64,000 nucleotides of DNA, from assembly GCF_002087085.1 (NCBI RefSeq), contig NZ_MWQY01000010.1, forward strand, positions 1 through 64,000, read 5' to 3'. The notes beneath the pieces are model-generated. The model was not told the DNA's origin. It worked only from the letters and a program-made list of their open reading frames with translations, and searched no databases. The translations under genes were made by a program, and so were the position numbers. Position 1 is the stretch's first letter. The number at the start of each line of letters is the position of its first letter. Below are positions 60,122 through 64,000 of this stretch, in pieces.

Positions 60122-62035
60122 ATGATCAGGATAACGGTGGTAGCCCCGGACCGGGAACTGGGACGACTTTTCTCGGAAGCCTTTGAAGAGCACGACGAAC
60201 AGATTCATCCTGCGGACCCGAAACAGGAGATATATGAGCTGGAGGTACTGATTGAGCACAATCATGACCGCATACGCCAGCTGCAAATAGAGGGCGATGT
60301 CGTCGTAGCCAGGGGACACACCGCCCAGATTCTCCTGGAAAACGAGAACTCTGTTCCGGTGGTTAAGCTTCCGGTTACAGGGAACGATATTATCCGTTGT
60401 CTCAAGGAGTGCGGCGAACTCTTTCCCGAGCGCAGACCGATCATCATGGGAACCCGGAATATCGTGTTTCAGGTGGAAAACCTCTACGACCTTTTCGGCC
60501 GCGGACTGACACCGGTACTCCTCACCGAACAGACTCCCAGGGAAATAGCCGCCATGTTCGAACTGATGGCAGACCCCGAAACAAGCGTCATGATCGGCGG
60601 CAGAATGGTCTGCGAACATGCCCAGCAGCAGGGGATTCCCCATGTAATGCTCCGGTCCGGGCGCCTGGCTGTCTGGCAGACAATTACGGAAGCCAAGCGG
60701 GTCGCCTGGATCAGCAGGGTGGAACAGGAAAAAGCCACCCGCTACAAATCGGTTCTGGACTGTGCCACGGAAGGGATTCTCGTTGTGGACCGTAAAGGAC
60801 GTCTGAGCATAATGAACGCCACCTGCGAAGAGATGCTGGGAATACAGGCTGACAAGAGCATCGGAAAAGAGATAAGCGAGCTCTTTGGGGAAAGCGATCT
60901 GCACGGCTTTATTCTGCGTTCCGGCAGCCTGCGGGATGAAATTCTTCTGTTTAAAGGACAGAGTTTCGCGGCAAACAAGGACACGGTTGTCCACAAGGCG
61001 GAAAAGATCGGAACAGTAATCACCCTGAGGCGTGTCAGGGAGATTCAGGAAACCGAGGTCAACATCCGCGAAAAAATGCACAGGAAAGGTCATACAGCCA
61101 GACACACCTTCAAGGATATTATCGGGGTCGGAAAAACCATACAGGCGACCATGGAAAAGGCCCGCAGTTTCAGCAGCGTTGATTCCAACGTGCTTATTTA
61201 CGGTGGGACCGGTACGGGCAAGGAACTCTTTGCCCAGAGTATTCATAACAACAGCTCCCGTCGTAAGGGACCCTTTGTCGCCATAAACTGCGCCGCCATA
61301 TCCGAGAGCCTTCTGGAAAGCGAACTCTTCGGATACGTCCGGGGAGCCTTCACCGGAGCCAGCAGGGGAGGAAAACCCGGGCTCTTCGAACTCGCCCACA
61401 GGGGAACCGTCTTCCTGGACGAGGTATCCGAGATGTCCCTGCGCCTTCAGGGGAGACTTCTCAGAGTCCTGCAGGAGAAGGAGCTTATGCGCCTGGGGGA
61501 CGACAAGATCATTCCCGTGGACATCCGGATTATCTCCGCGGTCAACAGGGACCTCAAGACCCTGGTGGATGCCGGAAAGTTCCGGGAGGACCTCTTCTAC
61601 CGTCTGGATGTGCTCAACCTCGACCTGCCGTCCCTGGAATCCCGCAGGGAAGACATCCCCTTCTTAAGCCGCTATTTTATCCAGTCCCTGGGAGAAAAAA
61701 ACGGTCCCCGGAAAACCCTGGAAAAATCCGCCCTTGAGTATCTTCAGGGAAGGAGCTGGCGGGGCAACATCCGGGAACTTATGAACGCCTGCGAACGGCT
61801 GTACGTTCTGAGTGAAACAGACCGCATCGACGAAAACGAAGCCCGGCGTATTCTCGGGGCGGAAGAATCCCCGGGAGTAAGCTCCGTCCTGCCGGGCAGC
61901 AGTATCGATGACGAGACGCTCCGGACACTGCTGGAGGAAGAGGGATACCGTAAGGACCGGGTGGCCGAACGCCTGGGCATTCACCGCTCCACCCTGTGGA
62001 GGCGGATAAAAAAACTCAATCCACCCCGGAACTAA
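60122..62035 (+). CDS. PrpR-like sigma54-dependent activator (PrpR_N + PAS + AAA+ + Fis HTH)
   Basis: VVARG, GTGKELFA, INCAA, GAFTGA, FLDEV, FREDLFYRL, GNIREL, LGIHRSTLWR. Confidence 0.93.
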   Translation: MIRITVVAPDRELGRLFSEAFEEHDEQIHPADPKQEIYELEVLIEHNHDRIRQLQIEGDVVVARGHTAQILLENENSVPVVKLPVTGNDIIRCLKECGELFPERRPIIMGTRNIVFQVENLYDLFGRGLTPVLLTEQTPREIAAMFELMADPETSVMIGGRMVCEHAQQQGIPHVMLRSGRLAVWQTITEAKRVAWISRVEQEKATRYKSVLDCATEGILVVDRKGRLSIMNATCEEMLGIQADKSIGKEISELFGESDLHGFILRSGSLRDEILLFKGQSFAANKDTVVHKAEKIGTVITLRRVREIQETEVNIREKMHRKGHTARHTFKDIIGVGKTIQATMEKARSFSSVDSNVLIYGGTGTGKELFAQSIHNNSSRRKGPFVAINCAAISESLLESELFGYVRGAFTGASRGGKPGLFELAHRGTVFLDEVSEMSLRLQGRLLRVLQEKELMRLGDDKIIPVDIRIISAVNRDLKTLVDAGKFREDLFYRLDVLNLDLPSLESRREDIPFLSRYFIQSLGEKNGPRKTLEKSALEYLQGRSWRGNIRELMNACERLYVLSETDRIDENEARRILGAEESPGVSSVLPGSSIDDETLRTLLEEEGYRKDRVAERLGIHRSTLWRRIKKLNPPRN

Positions 62036-62074
62036 TCCCAGGGACCAGAGTCCCGGTCCCCGCTCTGCCCTCTT

Positions 62075-63205
62075 TTAAACCTGAATTGGATACCTGCCGT
62101 ATTTCTCCCGCGCCTCCATCATGGCTGCATAGTTTTCCAGGGTGGTTCCGTTCTCCAGGCCGTTTCCGCTGGCCAGGACCAGACCTCCTCCAGGGGCTGC
62201 ATTCTGGATGGCGTATTGTGCTTCCCGCTCCACATCCTCCGGACTTCCCTGGATGAGGGTCTCGCAGTTCACCCCTCCAAAAAAGCAGAGCCTGCCGCGG
62301 TACTTCTCCTTCAGGAGCTTGAAGTCCATCCCGATACTCGACTGGATACCGTGCCAGCCATCAACCCCCGCCTCCACCAGGTCATCCAGAATATCCCAGG
62401 TTCGTCCGTCGGTGTGTTTGATAAAATAGCCCCCCTTGGCGTGGGTGGCCTCAACCTGTTTTCTGATGCCCGGCAGAATAAACTCGGCGAACCGTTCATA
62501 ACCCATCATCAGGCCCCGGTTATCCGCATAGTCATCCGTGGGCATAACGGCGTCGGCTCCGGCATCGAGAAAGGCGTTTATATAGGCGATACTGCGGTTA
62601 ACATAAACCTCCGAGGCCTTCTTAACGAAATCCGGATCAAGGATCATCCGGACCATGTACTCCTCGATTCCCACGGTCTGCTTGTAGGCGAAGGTCCCGT
62701 CCAGGGGCAGGCGGGCAATAATGAAATGGGTTTTCTTCATTTCAGCTATTACCCCCCGGATTACCTCCAGTTCGCTCTCATCAACCTTAAAGTCTTCATC
62801 CGCATCCGGCAGCTCGTCAATGGTCATTTCGGTGTTGTAGACCTGGCTGACAAGCTGTCCGACCCCCGGATTGTAATGAAACTGCTGTCCGGAATCATCC
62901 TCCCAGGAGTACTCCCCCAGCATTTTGGGCTTTTTATACTCCCTGTCCGCTGGGGAGGCGGGAATACGTATGTAGTCATGACCGAGGAGCTTCGGCAGCC
63001 CGGTCAGGGTGCTGATGGAATCCTGTATATAGTCGTCCCTGCGGCCGTCCCAGCAGGCCTTAAGTTCGGCGAAGCCGTTTCCGTACATGACCTCCCGCTT
63101 GAGGTATTTCTCCACCAGACTGTGGTGAATATGGTTTTCCCCCATGGGGACAAGATCCGGCTCCCGGTGCTGGAGCTGAGCGATTACCCGTTCTCGTGGC
63201 AACAA
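62075..63205 (-). CDS. UroD/MtaA-CmuA superfamily protein (not true HemE)
   Basis: RERV...PDLVP start, DAGAD, DD, KHTDG, FFGGVN, GSPEDV, GGGLVL, ENY; AGGAGG RBS before TTG. Confidence 0.85.
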   Translation of the reverse strand: MLPRERVIAQLQHREPDLVPMGENHIHHSLVEKYLKREVMYGNGFAELKACWDGRRDDYIQDSISTLTGLPKLLGHDYIRIPASPADREYKKPKMLGEYSWEDDSGQQFHYNPGVGQLVSQVYNTEMTIDELPDADEDFKVDESELEVIRGVIAEMKKTHFIIARLPLDGTFAYKQTVGIEEYMVRMILDPDFVKKASEVYVNRSIAYINAFLDAGADAVMPTDDYADNRGLMMGYERFAEFILPGIRKQVEATHAKGGYFIKHTDGRTWDILDDLVEAGVDGWHGIQSSIGMDFKLLKEKYRGRLCFFGGVNCETLIQGSPEDVEREAQYAIQNAAPGGGLVLASGNGLENGTTLENYAAMMEAREKYGRYPIQV

Positions 63206-63259
63206 AATACAACCTCCTGGTACTGATGATCAGACTGTCTGCACGTCTTCTGCTTATAA

Positions 63260-63275
63260 TGCAAAATACATGCCA
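63260..63275 (-). promoter_or_regulatory. sigma54 (-24/-12) promoter
   Basis: Minus strand TGGCATGTATTTTGCA = TGGC...TTGCA with exact GG-N10-GC spacing, about 55 nt upstream of the UroD-like gene. Confidence 0.8.
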
Positions 63276-63396
63276 AAAAAATCAAATGAAACAACTTAAT
63301 AAATGCATATACCACATGCACTTAAAAACCACAATACTCTGTATGCACCGAACCGCGTCTCGTGTGTCGCCAGGATGCGAAACACGGCTGCATCAT

Positions 63397-63415
63397 ATGT
63401 TGCACGGTGCAACAT
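63397..63415. promoter_or_regulatory. Putative upstream activator (enhancer) palindrome
   Basis: ATGTTGCAC-G-GTGCAACAT perfect inverted repeat about 120-140 bp upstream of the sigma54 promoter. Confidence 0.6.
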
Positions 63416-63437
63416 TACTATCGATCTGACGCTGGTT

Positions 63438-64000
63438 CTACAGGTCTTCGCCCATCACCATGGCATGCTGCGCCGACACGGGACTTTCGCAGGCAACCAT
63501 CTCTGCCGCGCAGAGATAACGTGCCTTGTCCGGCAGTTTTTCCCCGTCTCTCTCAGCATAATCCCTGATATAATTGAGAACTCTTATTCTTTTTTCATCG
63601 CCGGTTACAGCGGTCTTCTGAATGATGAAATCCAGAAGCAGGGGCGGGTACTCCGGTCCGTGCAGGTAAGCGATCAGCCTGGACAAAGATTCAGAATTAC
63701 CGGATTCCGGGATTTCCCCTCTCAAGGCATTCAGGCCTTCCTTCGAATCCTGCAGATACAGGGAAAAATGGGAATAAAACCATAAGCCTGTTTGCAGCAG
63801 TCCGGCGGCACTGAGAATCAGGTCGTCGATAATGTGGGGATGAGGACAGCCGGATATTTTTTCGAAAATCAACGGAAGGGCCTCAATCCGTTCCATGATT
63901 TCCAGCGCTTTAACAAGGTAAATTATTTCCCTGGGATTCATATTTTCCCTCAGACTATTGATGACTTTTTCCTCCAGTCCGTCGGAGCAAAAATATGCAA
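63438..64000 (-). CDS. C-terminal part of a hypothetical protein running off the right edge
   Basis: Frame of ORF 63438-63941 stays open to the window end (AYFCSDGLEEKVINSLRENMNPREII...). Confidence 0.6.
   Translation of the reverse strand, partial: AYFCSDGLEEKVINSLRENMNPREIIYLVKALEIMERIEALPLIFEKISGCPHPHIIDDLILSAAGLLQTGLWFYSHFSLYLQDSKEGLNALRGEIPESGNSESLSRLIAYLHGPEYPPLLLDFIIQKTAVTGDEKRIRVLNYIRDYAERDGEKLPDKARYLCAAEMVACESPVSAQHAMVMGEDL

Noticed and set aside
1..64000. CRISPR arrays, IS/transposases, integrases, prophage or defence genes, rRNA/tRNA
   Set aside because: No regularly spaced repeats, terminal inverted repeats or matching protein motifs seen; intergenic gaps are all short

Overview
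Gene-dense bacterial chromosome segment of moderate-to-high GC, most likely from a free-living anaerobic spirochaete (inferred from 'FAxGxxE'-type exported-protein leaders, lipoprotein leaders and a long-clade PPi-PFK). It holds about 55 CDS, mostly housekeeping or carbohydrate metabolism (DAHP synthase, asnS, nifS-nifU, manA, galT-galK, pfp, metA, TPP-riboswitch-controlled thiamine-precursor ABC transporter). No rRNA, tRNA, CRISPR array or transposase was seen. The most unusual region is about 6.1-19.4 kb, a decaying catabolic island. An intact archaeal-type class I HMG-CoA reductase, an HMG-CoA lyase and a GntR regulator are flanked by four gene remnants marking three deletion junctions: a polyol dehydrogenase N-terminus, an SDR C-terminus, and GH43 and GH3 C-termini fused back to back. 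Downstream lie a multi-binding-protein sugar sensor and a ChvE-GguAB transporter. Other notable items are a sigma54 module (PrpR-like activator, glucarate-dehydratase-family enzyme, non-canonical UroD/MtaA-fold protein with a clear -24/-12 promoter and palindromic enhancer), a lipid-anchored FAD reductase with a rewritten active site, and a MinD/FlhG-like ATPase split by a roughly 270-aa insert. All calls come from motif recognition by eye; no database searches were run.
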